Below are positions 1-16,485 of a stretch of 64,000 bases of DNA, one piece after another. The stretch lies in the NCBI RefSeq assembly GCF_009914755.1, contig NC_060936.1, one strand, 5' to 3'. A model generated the notes under the pieces. That model did not search any database. It had not been told where the DNA came from and was given only the letters and a program-made list of their open reading frames with translations. The translations under genes and the position numbers were made by a program. This stretch comes from the human T2T-CHM13v2.0 reference genome, Homo sapiens. Each line of letters opens with the position of its first letter. Positions within the stretch are counted from its first letter, which is position 1.

Positions 1-465
1 TCTTCTGTTCCATTTTAAGCCTTTATTCAGTAAATTTTTTCCTAAGTGTACAACTTAGGAAATCTCCCAAATTTTGATATGTTGAAGTTTCATTTTCATT
101 CACTTTAAGATACTTGCTAATTATCCATTTCATTTGTTAATTGCCTCGTGTCTTATTCAGAGTGTATTATTTAGATTACAAATATTAGAAGATTTTTCCA
201 GAAAATTTTCTGTTATTCATTTCTTATTTAATTTTATTGTGGTCAGTGAATATACTCTGTATGTCTTGAATCTTCCTAGATTTATTATGGTTTATTTTAT
301 GGCCCATAAGTTGATATGTGTTGGTAAATGTACTGTATCCACTTCAAAAGAATATGTATTCCACTAGTGTTAGCTAGAGTGTTCTATAAATGCCAGTTAA
401 GTGAGGTTGGTTGATAGAGTTGTTCGAGTGTTCTGTATCCTTATTGATTTTCTGTCCACTTATTC
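1..465 (-). mobile_element. Old L1M (mammalian-wide) ORF2 fragment
   Basis: Typical antisense L1M text (aagaatatgtattcc...gagtgttctataaatgccagttaag...ccttattgattttctgtc). Boundaries approximate. Confidence 0.65.
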
Positions 466-874
466 ATCATGCTTTCTTGATGGGCCTTCATTGTGTGGAT
501 TCACTCACGTAGTACCAAATCAAACATCTAAAACTGTGGAGAAAAATAGTGACCCAGTTATCTGCTGGCATATCCGAAAAATAATTTTCAAATGTGAATA
601 TGGAGAAATGAGGGTTAAAACATTGAGGCTGAAATTTCAGGGACTTCATTTTCATAATCTCAGCATCAGGCCTTTATGTAAATTCAGTTTCTTAGCCTTG
701 TTCTTTGATTTGGCTTCACTCAGTTTCTTCCTATAAGAAAACTAGTATGTGCATAATGAGTAATAACCAATTACTTTGTAAGTGGAACAAAGGTAAACTA
801 TGTTGGGTTTTGTAGGTTAAACCACATCATTCTGGGATGTATGACAGGTAATATAGATGATTCTGGAGACATAA

Positions 875-1085
875 ATAATAACTGCTAACATTTATTACAT
901 GGATACTCTGTACTAGTCACCGAACTAAGATTTTTACATTTATTATATAATTTAATTCTTATAAGCATCTGATGGGGTTGTTATGATCATAATCCTCACT
1001 TTAAAGGTAAGTATGTTGAGTTATGGTAAATTCAAGGATATGTTTCCCAGAAAATCAGGTTCCAGAGCCAGTATTCTTAATTATT
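875..1085 (-). mobile_element. MIR
   Basis: ataataactgctaacatttatt...ttatataatttaattcttataa...atcctcactttaaaggtaag, MIR-like core. Confidence 0.55.
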
Positions 1086-2041
1086 TTCATGTTTGATTAA
1101 CAAGTTTGGCTGGAACATTTATTCCAAAATCATTTGATAAGCCTGTGCTTATGTTCTAGGCACTGTGTGCTGAGTAGAAGAGATATAACAATCAATAATA
1201 CACAAAGGAGAGAAAACATATAAATAAACCAGTGCAGTAACATATGAGTGTTATCCAGCAATATTTCCATATTAAATGTTGACACCTACCTGAAGTCATC
1301 TTAAGCCATTTATTCAATCTTGTTGACTAAATAATGGGTAAATTTGATATGTAGTATTAACTTTCAGAATAGTTGAATTACGTATTTACAGTATCATCAG
1401 AAATCTACCTTTCTTCAGTTTATTGAATCTCTTTCTCTATCTGACTTAATTTCTAGATGATCCTTAAGATATGCTAAGACTCATCTCATACGGGCCTCAA
1501 TCTTGTGACCCTAATGAGCTCAGAGAAGGAGTAAATTGACTCCCATCCAATAGAAGCTATATCTGTTTCCCCAAAGGGCTATGATTTGTTTTGATTAGGA
1601 AATAGATTATTACTGGCCAATCCTTGTGTCCACAGGGATGGGGTATTCTGACTGGTCAGTGAAGGTCATGAGCTCATCCTCTGTGATGTGAGACAAAAGT
1701 CCCAGAGTGGGTAGGCCCCCTGGGATCACTCAAAGTAGAGGAGGAGCAATTTCTGAAAGAAAATGATCAGTAGAAAAAAGTAATGGATGCCACCTCAGAA
1801 TCTAAGGAGTTATGACAGAAATATATACAAGATACAGTCACGAGACAGGGGAGTAGAGGGGAACTGTAAAAAAACAAGAAAATCATTCTTTAGAGGAAGC
1901 TCAGAAAAGAAAACTGGTGATTAAGTGGAACATCAAAGAGTTAAACATGATCATAGCAGAATGTGAATTCTGGGTAGCAGATAGGCTGGAAGAATAAGCT
2001 GGATATGAACTTGGAAGACATTTCCTTTCTCACTAAGAAAA

Positions 2042-2337
2042 TTTTTTTTTTTTTTTTTTGAGACAGTCTCGCTCTGTCGCTCAGGCTGGAGTGCAGTGGC
2101 ATGATCTCAGCTCACTGTAACCTCTGCCTCCCGGGTTCAAGTGATTCTTCTGCCTCAGCCTCCTGAGCAGCTGGGACTATGGGTGCCCACCACCACGACT
2201 GGCTAATTCTTGTATTTTTAGTAGAGACGAGGTTTCACCATATTGGCCAGGCTGGTCTTGAACTCCTGACCTCATGATCTGCCTGCCTCAGCCTCCCAAA
2301 GTGCTGGGATTACAGGCGTGAGCCACTGCTCCCAGAC
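2042..2337 (-). mobile_element. Alu, AluS (Sg-like)
   Basis: Poly-T followed by a full dimeric antisense Alu; approximate TSD agaaa(a)ttt. Confidence 0.92.
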
Positions 2338-3169
2338 AGAAATTTGTATTTTATCCAACAGGTCAGATAGAACCAAGAAGAGTTTAAAGCAGAGGAGTCA
2401 GATAATTAAAATTGCATTCCTAAAAGAATATTCCTGTAGATGTAGAGATGGAGTTAATATTGATAGATCTGGAAAATTCAGGAAAGATTGTAGAGACTGG
2501 AGTTGTATAATGTATCACTTATATTTTGAAATGTTGTATGTAACACAATAATTTCTTGCCACTGCTCTTCTGTGTTCTTCTCCCTAAAGATCTCTGTTAC
2601 TAGTCAACATTAACCTCTGCCAACAGTCAACCCCTCATTGCATCAGTGTTTTGCTAGCTTATCATCTCTTGTAATTATTTCCTTAATAATTATTCTGATT
2701 ATTCCCAGTTCTGTTTTTTGTTATTCTCCCTGAATAATAATTATAATACACTTTAAATAGCTTTTTATAAAGAAATGTATTATAACGGGACAGAAGATTA
2801 TAAAAAAATAAAGGTTAGGAACCAATAGACCAGCTACTAATTTGGGATTGAATTTAAGAGCTGACTGCCTTTGAAGAAATACTGAGTAATGTTCAATATG
2901 GATAGTCCCAAGACCATTATTAAAAGAATAAAAAACTCCTAAAATTGCAAGCATTTTTTAGAGTGGGAAGAGAAAAACATGAAAACTACTCTATTTAACA
3001 AATTAGATCTGGTGAAATAACAAGTTTCCCATTTTAATAGTAGATTGAAAATGCTTGTATTCTTAAAGTGTAATGGAAGCAGGAAAATACTGTCCATAGA
3101 CAGGAAGGACTGGAATAGATGGATTGAGACAGTCTCTTTGTTCTAAAAGCACAAAGGAAACAAGAATCA

Positions 3170-3300
3170 GTGACCCAATGACCTAGATGATGAAAGTGAG
3201 TGAATGCTCATTAAATTTACATATGATGCCAAGGTGGAGAGGGTTGCTACAAGCTTGGAAGAGAAGAACAGGGTTCAAAATAACTTCAATTTTAAAGGGG
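3170..3300 (+). mobile_element. CR1/L3 LINE reverse-transcriptase fossil
   Basis: Frame from 3177 reads NDLDDESE*MLIKFTYDAKV, resembling CR1 RT 'NDLDxGIECTLSKFADDTKL'. Confidence 0.6.
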
Positions 3301-3753
3301 ATCCTTTACAAGCAGGAACACTTTTTCAGCAATTCTTATGTCGTGGTTAGTATATCTGTACACCAAACAAAATTACATAGAATAAAAGGTAAGAGAATTA
3401 GCAAGTGAAAAAATCTTCAAGGGATCATTGGGGACATAAATTTTTTAAAAAGTGATTGTGGTAGAAATTTAACTTGCTGCGCTTTGCCAATATATTCCAC
3501 ACCTTATATTTGAAAATCCTTTGACCAACAGAAGTCAACATGTGAAATTTCTATCATCTCTAGAAATGAATAGGAAAGGCCAATCATCCATTTGTATCTA
3601 TCACCCCTTGTAATACCAGGCTCCCCATCCACAACATCATGTCAGTCAGATGATGATTAATGCACAGAGAGAGCACTATTAACGCTACACACAGTATGCC
3701 TTATTTCTGCAAGGGGGAAAAAAGATGATGCCTTTCTTCAACAATGCAACCCA

Positions 3754-4080
3754 GCCGGGCATGATGGCTCATGCCTGTAATCCCAGCACTTTGAGAGGCT
3801 GAGATGGAAGGACTGCTTGAGCCCAGGAGTTCAACTCAAGTCTGGTGAACATAGTGAGACTCTGTCTCTACAAAACATTCAAACATTTTTTTTTAAATTA
3901 GCTAGGCATCATGGTGCATGTCTCTAGTTCCAGCTATTCAGAAAGTTGATGGAGGAGGAATGCTTGGGTCTGGGAGTTAGAGGCTACAGTGAGCTATAAT
4001 AGATCTCCTGCACTCCAGCCTGGACAAGAGAGCAAAATCCTATTTCAAACAAACAAACAAACAAACAAACAAAACAAGAA
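3754..4080 (+). mobile_element. Alu, AluJ-like, with (CAAA)n tail
   Basis: Diverged dimeric Alu with the ttgagcccaggagttc J-type motif. TSD aa(c/g)aatgcaaccca at 3740-3753 and 4081-4094. Confidence 0.92.
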
Positions 4081-4149
4081 AAGAATGCAACCCAATAGAA
4101 GACATAAAACACATGAAATAAAAATAGTGATTATCCTATGAGTACTACA

Positions 4150-4395
4150 AAAGCATGTCTATCATTTAATGATCACTTACTATGTACAATGTATTTTGTG
4201 AAATGTTTTGCATGTATTATCCCATTTATTCCTGACAGAAAACTTGGCATGCAGGCATTTTTAACTCATTTTACTGATGAGAAAACTGACACTTGGGTAC
4301 TTAAGTGATTGCCACAGCATCAGATATTTAGCAAATAAACATTTCAGGATTTGATGTCAGATATATCTAAATTTGAATCCTGAGCTCTTATCTAC
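4150..4395 (-). mobile_element. MIR
   Basis: gatcacttactatgt...cattttactgatgagaaaactgac...ttaagtgattgcc MIR core. Confidence 0.65.
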
Positions 4396-4576
4396 AAAGT
4401 CTTTCACAAATAAATATATTTCAAGGCAAGTTATGATATGGACCATCTCAGTGGATGGCAACTCCAAGCTCCCAGGCTACCCTTGATCCTGCCATCCAGA
4501 GACAAGGATATCTTGTCTCTGCTATCAGAGTATTTCCAGAATCTAACCTCTTCTCATCCCTGTCACTGTTGCCACC

Positions 4577-6836
4577 AGATAAGGTTTGAATTTGTGTCCT
4601 CAACCAAATATCATGTCAAATTATAATGCCCATTGTTGGAGAAGGGGCCTGGTGGGAGGTGATTGGATCATGGGGGCAGATTTCCCCCTTGCTGTTCTCC
4701 TGATAGTGAGTGAGTTCTCATGAGATCTGGCTGTTAAATATGTATACCACCTCACCCTACTCTCTTCTTCCTCTTGCTCAAGCCTTGTAAGATATGCCTC
4801 CTTCCTCTTTGCCTTCCACTGTGTTTGTAAGTTTCCTGAGGCCTCCCAACCCATGCTTCCTGTACAGCCTGCAAAACTGTGAGCCAATTAAACCTCTTTT
4901 CTTTATGAACTACACAGTCTTAGGTAATTCTTTATAGCAATGTGAGAACTAATACAGAAAATTGGCACCAGGAGTGGGGCATTGCTGTAAAGATACCTGA
5001 AAATATGGAAGCAACTTTGGAACTGGATAATGGGCAGAGGTTGAAACAGTTTGGAGGGCTCAGAAGAAGACAGGAAGACGTGGGAAAGTTTGGAACTCAC
5101 TAGAGACTTTTTGAATGATTTTGACCAAAATGCTGATATTGATATGAACAGAGATGGCCAGGCTGATGAGTTCTCAGATGGAGATGGGAACTTATTTTGA
5201 ACTTTGAACTTGAGCGTGATGGTTTATGGTATCTGGCGGAAGAAATTTCTAAGCAACAAGTCATTCAAGATGTAGCCTGGCTGTTTCTAATAGTGTGTTC
5301 TCATATGTGTGAGATGATCTGAAATTGTATGAAACTGGAACTTAAATTTAAAAGGGAAGCAGAGTGTAAAAGTTTGGAAAATTCATAGCCTGGCCATGTG
5401 ATAGAAAAGAAAAACCCATTTTCGGGGAGGAATTCAAGTGGGTTGTAGAAATGTGCATAAGAAGAGCTGAATGTCAATAGCCAAGACAATGGGGAAAAAT
5501 GCCTTGAAGGCATTTTAGAGATCTTTTAGCAGCTCCTCCCATCATAGGCCTGGAGACCTAGGAGGGAAGCATGGTTTCATGGGCCATGCCCATAGCCCTG
5601 CTGCTCTGTGCAGTCTTGGGACATGGCACCCTGCATTGTGGCTGCCCTAGCTCCAGCAGTGGCTAAAAGGGGCCAAGGTATAGCTTGGGTCATAGCTTCA
5701 GAGGGTGTAAGCCATAACTCTTGGTGGCTTCCATGTGGTGTTAAGCCTGTGGGTGCAAAGAGGACAAGAGTTGAGGCTTGGGAGCCTACACCTAGATTTC
5801 AGAGGATGTGTGAAAATGCCTGGGTGTCCAGGTGGAAATCTGCTGCAGGGGCAGAGCCCTCATAGAGAATCTCTACTAGGGCAGTGTGGAGGGGAAATGT
5901 GGGGTTAGAGCCCCCACACAGAATCCCCTCTGGGATATTGCCAAGTGGGGCTGTGAGAAGAGGGCTACCATCCTCCAGACCCTAGAATTATAGATCCATT
6001 AACAGCTTGCAGCGTGTACCTAGAAAGCCACAAACACTCAATGCCAGACCTTGAGAGCAGCCATGGGAACTGAGCCCCCAAAGCTACAGGGGCAGAGCTG
6101 CCTAAGGCCTTGGGAACCTAACCCTTGGATTAGTGTGAGCTGGATGTAAGACATGGAGTCAAAGGAGGATATTCTGGAGTTTTAAGATTTAATCACTGCC
6201 CTGCTGGGTTTCAGACTTACATGGGGCCTGTAGTCCCTTTGTTTCAGCCAATTTCTCCCTTTTGGAATGGGAGTATTTACCCAATGCCTGTATCCCCATT
6301 CTATCTTGGAAGTAACTAACTTGTTTGGATTTTATAGGCTTATAGGTGGAAGAGGTTTGCCTTATCTCAGATGAGACTTTGGATTGTGGACTTTTGAGTT
6401 AATGCTGGAATGAGTTAAGACTTTAGGGGACTGCTGGGAAAGCATGATTGTATTTGCGATGGGAGAAGGACATGAAATCTCATTTTAAATTGCAATCCCC
6501 AGTGTTGGAGGAGGGCCTGGTGGAAGGTGATTGAATCATGGGGGTGGATTTCCCCCTTGCTGTTCTCATGATAGTGAATGAGTTCTCATGAGATCTGGCT
6601 GTTTAAATGTGTGTAGCACCTCCCCCTGCTCTTTTCTTCCTTCTGCTCCAGCCATGTAAGATGTGCCTCCTTCCTCTTTGCCTTCTGTTATGATTGTAAG
6701 TTTCCTGAGGCCTCCACAGCCATGCTTCCTGTACAGCCTATGGAACTGTGAGCCAATTAAACCTCTTTTCTTTAAATTTTCTAAATTACCCAGGTTCAGG
6801 TAGTTCTTTATAGCAATGCGAGAATAGACTAATATA
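4577..6836 (+). mobile_element. ERVL-MaLR provirus, MSTA/MSTB-like: 5'LTR 4577-4956, internal about 4957-6474, 5'-clipped 3'LTR about 6475-6836
   Basis: Two homologous direct LTRs ending ctaataca/ctaatata around a typical MaLR internal sequence. 5-bp TSD CCACC at 4572-4576 and 6837-6841. Inserted into an L2 fossil. Confidence 0.9.
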
Positions 6837-6841
6837 CCACC

Positions 6842-7570
6842 CCAGTCTGAATCAGCACCATTTTGCCAGAATCATTTTCTGCAACATCTCTCTGCTTTTA
6901 ATCCTGTTCTCCTACAGCCTATCTTTATCAAGCATTCAGAGTGATGTTTATAAAACCTGTGTCATATTGTGCCAGTTCTTTGCTGAAAATTCCATAATAA
7001 CCACCGCACCCCCCCGCACACACAAAATGATAATAAAAGACACAGTCTTGACCCACAAATCCCTTCCTGATCTCTACTCATTCTATTCTCCCCAGGTACT
7101 TATAGACCCCTGACTCTTATTTTATTTCTTATCTATCTGAATTCTTCTCTATTACTCTCCCTAAACTCATGGTGCTACTGTTCTACCAGCTCCCTTGTTT
7201 TCCCTGAGCTCTACCAAACTCCTTCCCACATGAGGGCCTTTGAATTGGCCTTTCTCGTTGTAGGAAAAATGTTACTCCACATAGTGTCATGGTCCCAGCT
7301 TGCTCTCCTTGAAACCTTTACTTAAATGTCACCTTCTCAAGAAGACCTCCCATTTAAAATGGGAATTGACACCTTCAGTCTTTTTCCCACTCATTTTTCT
7401 TAATCTGATCCTATTATGTTTACTATATTGTTTGACTTTCCACTTTCCCCCATTGAATGTGAGCTTCATAAAGGCAGAGATCTATGTCTAGGTTTATCAC
7501 TAATGTATCTCCAATACCTATTATACTGCCTGTGTGCAGTAAGCACTCTAATAAGTATTTGTTGAGTTAA
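6842..7570 (+). mobile_element. L2 3' fragment (its left part lies at about 4480-4576, split by the MaLR)
   Basis: L2-type 3' end (...gaatgtgagcttcataaaggcagaga...gtaagcactctaataagtatttgttgag). Confidence 0.65.
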
Positions 7571-10114
7571 ATTAAAGTAAATGTCAGAAAAACAATATAA
7601 ACAAAACATTCTGGTGTTTCAGAGGGAAAGATCCCATCTGTTTATAGGAATTAGGAAAAAGAGTTGGCTCTTGAAATAGGATTAAGGAGTTTCCAAGGTA
7701 ATTCCATATGAATTCCAGAGGGGAAAGAAAGATTGTGTTGCCCAGTCATTTAGTTTTCTAATGGGTTTCATCACATGTGACCTGACCCCTCAGCCCTGGA
7801 CCTCATGGGACCCCCTTCTGTGAGCTCAGCTACTCTCCTGCTGTCTCTTCCCTCTCCTGCCTCAGGCACAATTAGCCTCCTGTTCTGCAAGTCTTCCTGG
7901 CTCTTATTTTTCTAAACAGGTCCTTCTTAGACTTTGCTTTCCCTACTCACAGCGAATCAGTTACATATATACTAACAAATGAATATAATAGATCACTATT
8001 TTGTGATACTCTTTAGATATTCTACAGTATCTGGTATATTACATTTATTGATTAAATATAACACCTGTGGTCATTTCTGTAAAATGGTTGGACAATAGGC
8101 TTTTAGTGTGCTATATGATGGCAATAATAGGCGATAATAGTATCAGCTACTTTTTGCCACTGGACATCCACTTATTTAATCTCCCACACTTGTAACATAT
8201 AAGGTATAAATTATTATCTTCAATTTAGTAAATAGAGGCCTAGGAAGTTTAATGATGTGCTCCAGCTCCTAAGTGTCAGACATGGGATTCACATCTTATT
8301 GTTTCTAACTCATGCTTTTCATTCTGCCAGGATTCTTGTCTATTGTGCCATTGTTTAAATAGAAAATATGATTTGGGTTTTCATTCCATGAATGAAAAAA
8401 AATGTCTTATTTAGAAGTAAGTAACATACTAGCATGCATATAAAAAATAAAGGTTGTAAAATCTGAGAAGTATAAGCACTGGTTATGATCATCTCATAAG
8501 GAAAATGTGAACAAGCTTGGGACTGAAAAAATTAGGCAAAGGAGAAAAAGCCAGAAAAAGAAGGGAGAAAGAGAGATTGATTTTGGAACATTTGGAGATA
8601 AAGCCTATAGAAAAGGCTAAAGAACTTACATATGTCCACCCTGGAGGATAGAGGGCTAAGAGGTGACTTAATAATTGGCTCTAATATGTGAATGGTCGTT
8701 ATGGGAAGGCTGCTCACCATTTCTCTGTCAACATCAAGGTCAGAGTAAGATAGATGGACTTAAATTACAGGAAGAAATTTCAGTTAATATAAGAAAGAAC
8801 TTCTTGACATAAAAGGCAATTAAACATTTTAATATGAAGTACTTAGGCTTGTGAAATCTTCATTCTTTGATATTCTTTAGAAATAAAATTTAAAATGTGC
8901 TCCCAAATTAATAAATTAAATTGGAGAACTACTGAAAAAATTCCTCCTGAATATTAACTTCACGTTACATAATAGTCAGATAATATAAAATTTACAGCTT
9001 ATCAGAAATTAATTTTGTATTTGCATATTTATGTTTGTATCATTAAATTTCTTTTTGTTATAAATATAGAAGTGTGAGTGGTTTAGAAAAGAACTACTAG
9101 CTTCTTAGGTAAACAGAAAAAATTTAAAAATAATTCCCATCTGTCTCTGAGTGGTCTACTGATACCTATTAAACATCATCAAAATAATTTCTAGATATAT
9201 TTTTGTTATTCCTTTTCTTTGTTACCAGACTTTGCTTTTGAAGCTAAATCAACATTATACTGGACCAGCAGCAATTTTAAGTCATTCTGTAAAGAAAATA
9301 CCTATTTGCCTTCATAAAGAAAATGTACATGGTGGGAGGAGATAGTTTTATTGATATTTTTGTGATAAATGCCTTTACCACTTACTGGTAAATTATTAAC
9401 TTGTGCATTTTGCTGATGGAGGCAAGTTTTCCTTTGCACACATATTTCACCGATTCATCATCATTTAATGGTTTCTTTTTATTTTTTCCTGTGCGAACCT
9501 TAACACTTAAAACAGCTAGTTTTCATACTAGAAACTTGCACTTCTCCCCATTATATGTCCATCTCTGATTTGGCATTTACTTGGTGAGACTGAAAGAAAA
9601 AGTCTGTATTTAATAAAAATAGGTAGCAGGTTATTGAATAGAGTAAGGAATAGATTAATCCTATTCAAAGGATTCTTGTTATCCTCTCTTGTCCCTCTTT
9701 GTGTCACATTGTATTGTTGTTAACTAATGGTTTAGATAGCTACTTTTGAATTCCTCTGTTGCACACAGTTTCTGTCTTTTTTACTTTGCTGAAAAGCTTA
9801 AGAAGGTGCAATGTTGGTTTTGACTCTATTCTTCTGCTTTCTTACGCTGGCTTTGTGAGAGCCAAAGTGGTGATCTCATGATATGAGAAGCTTACGGGTC
9901 AGAGCCATGTAACCCTTAGCTTGCAAAACTTGGCTGTAGTGAGATTCTGCTTTCACGGCTTTCAGAAATACTTCTACAGCTACAGTTGTTCTTGTCTTCT
10001 GCTTATGCAAAAAGCTTAGTTCTAATGACTTTTGCAGTGGGTTTATTTATGCTAGACTTCATCAGTAGTCATAATGAAAAATAAAAAGTTAGTATTTCAG
10101 TTAGTATAAATGGA

Positions 10115-10412
10115 ATATATAATATATAATTATTATTATATAATTATAACTATATAATATATATTATATAATATGTTATAATTATATAATTATAATATAT
10201 TATATAGTTATAATTATATAATAATAATATATTATATAGTTATAATTATATTATATATAATATATATGATTATATATATTCATATATAATCATATATAAT
10301 ATAATATATAATCATATAATAATCATATATAATCATATATATAATTATATATAATCATATATATCATATTATCATATATAATCATATATAATATATAATA
10401 TAAATGGTAATA
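10115..10412. repeat. (TA)-rich low-complexity tract, about 300 bp, almost entirely A/T
   Basis: Degenerate TATAA / TAATTA / ATATAATC units read directly. Confidence 0.95.
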
Positions 10413-11499
10413 TAGATTTTTTATAGATTTTTCAGATTGACAGAATTCTATAGTACTTAGAAAGGAATAAATTAAGATGTAAAGGATAAATAAGCAGGCA
10501 ACTATAATCAAGGGTTGACATTTTGATAAATGAGAAGTATACAGGAAGGAAAAGGAGACTAGGAATAAAAATTCCTATTTACAGAAAGAACACTTGGAGA
10601 AAATTCAGAATAAACATATTTAGAATATAAGTAGTGTTTGTACATCTAACAATATTGAAGGAGGTTGAACTGAATTGATCTTTCCTATGGAATAATTGTG
10701 AATGAATTGTGTTTTGGCATTTGAGGAATGACTTTTAATCAGCATAACCACACACCAATTGTTAATCAACCATATATGGTATGTTAATGAAATATAAACA
10801 TCTTCAAAAGCCCTATACAGTTACCAATGTTACACATAATGTTCAGAAGCATTAGTACACCGTTGTTTTTACCATTGAGGTCACCTTTTATCACTATTTC
10901 CTTTTCGTGTGGACCTAAATATTATCTCAGTTCATTATAAAAATTGTATTTTTGAAATATTTAAGAATTCAGGGCTTTATTAATTAAAGACATATATAAA
11001 CCTCAATCAGAGTTTCAGCTTCAAACAGATTAAACTATGTTGCTCCACAGGGCAGATACAATTCTAGTCGAACAACAAAGACACCCTTTCTCTTTGGCCC
11101 AAGTATTATTTTCTCAGGTAAATATGTTATTTCCTTGGAAATGATGAAATTGTTTCTTTGGACATACTCTCCCAGATGTTTTTATGGATTCTTTCGTGGG
11201 AGGCTAAGGACCATTTGAGGACCTACTGAGAAAATTATCTAGAGACTACATGTTGTCTATATTTATTGTCATTCATGCTGTTGCATATTTCCTAGGAGAA
11301 CCAAAATCAAGTCGTTGATTTCTGTGCTTTTAAAAGTAGAATATCTTTCAGCTTTTTCTGAGTTAATTTTGAATCAGTATTAGGAGGCTTAACTGTGATT
11401 TCATACAACATACTGTTACCTTGAAGACACAGAGATTTTTTTTTAAAAGTACAAAATCTGGCTTTTGTCTTAAAGGCATTTTCCCAAGCAGGAGAGTTT

Positions 11500-12340
11500 A
11501 AGCACGATTTTTAAGGTTTCACAGAGGTAAGAAAATAAGACAAAGCCGAAGGTGAGAAGTTTAATGGGAGGCCTCCCATAAAGCCAGGACCTTAAAGAGT
11601 TACACCTTAGCACACAGATGAACTAGAAATAAACCTATCCCCATCCTCAGGGGACTACAAAGAAATTACCTGTTCCAAACTTTGGCAGCAAGTAAAAACG
11701 GAAAGAAAATTTCTCCTGAAAATTTGCAACTACAAGCAACCTTTGACTGGCATCGGATCTCAGATGAAAACCATCTTGGTACACTGTGAACCTCAGGCCA
11801 GGATTTAATTTAAAATGGCTGGTCCTGGACTAGAAGGTATCCCCAGACACCATACAGACACTAAAACATATCCTTTCTAGAAAAGCCCAACTTCATATCT
11901 CATCTCAAAAGATTTCCACAGATAAATCTCAAGGAAAAAAACCAATTTACAGTCAAAAATCACCAGTCACATGAAGAAACAAGTTTCCACGAATATGAGA
12001 CAGCAGAAACAATTAAGAGAAGAATCATTTGTGCATATGACTAAGACACTGGATGCATGACTTAGACCATAAAATAATATATTAATAAATTTGAGGAAAT
12101 AAAAAGAGACATTATAAGCAAAATGTAAGCAGACATAAAGAACAGTGAGAATTCTTAGAAATGAAAATGAAATAAGAATATAGTAAATATGACAGATAAG
12201 TTCATCACAGATTAAAAAAGAGCTAAAGAGAGAATTATAACCTAAATGGTAGAACTGAAGATACTGTGTATTCAAGAGTTATGCAGGAGACATAAAGATG
12301 TATAGAAAAGGCAGTGAGAATTGGTAACACATGGATTCAA
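11500..12340 (+). mobile_element. Ancient L1M/HAL1-like 5'/ORF1 fragment
   Basis: A-rich text resembling old L1 ORF1 (aaaatcaccagtcacatgaagaaacaag; ttcttagaaatgaaaa; gctaaagagagaatt). Recognised by eye only. Confidence 0.45.
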
Positions 12341-12590
12341 GCCTTAACTACACTTACTTTTTCTTTTTTTTTTTAATTTATTATTATTTTACTTTAAGTT
12401 TCAGGGTACATGTGCACAATGTGCAGGTTAGTTACACATGTATACATGTGCCATGCTGGTGCGCTGCACCCACTAAATCGTCATCTAGCATTAGGTATAT
12501 CTCCTAATGCTATCCCTCCCCCCTCCCCCCACCCCAGAACAGTCCCCAGAGTGTGATGTTCCCCTTCCTGTGTCCATGTGTTCTCATTGT

Positions 12591-16422
<3,832 letters not shown>

Positions 16423-16485
16423 TATGATGTTAGCTGGTTATTTTGCTCGTTAGTTGATGCAGTTTCTTCCTAGCCTCGATGGTCT

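Noticed and set aside
1001-1012. Perfect donor AAG|GTAAGT as a sign of an unannotated exon
   Set aside because: It lies in a MIR fossil, and I found no matching acceptor or M1-like reading frame upstream.
4621-5865. ORFs within the MaLR element
   Set aside because: Short, broken frames of a non-autonomous decayed MaLR; no gag/pol similarity visible.
9380-10050. Possible conserved non-coding elements (also 20480-20720 and 58760-59000)
   Set aside because: They look non-repetitive and motif-rich, but conservation cannot be judged without alignments.
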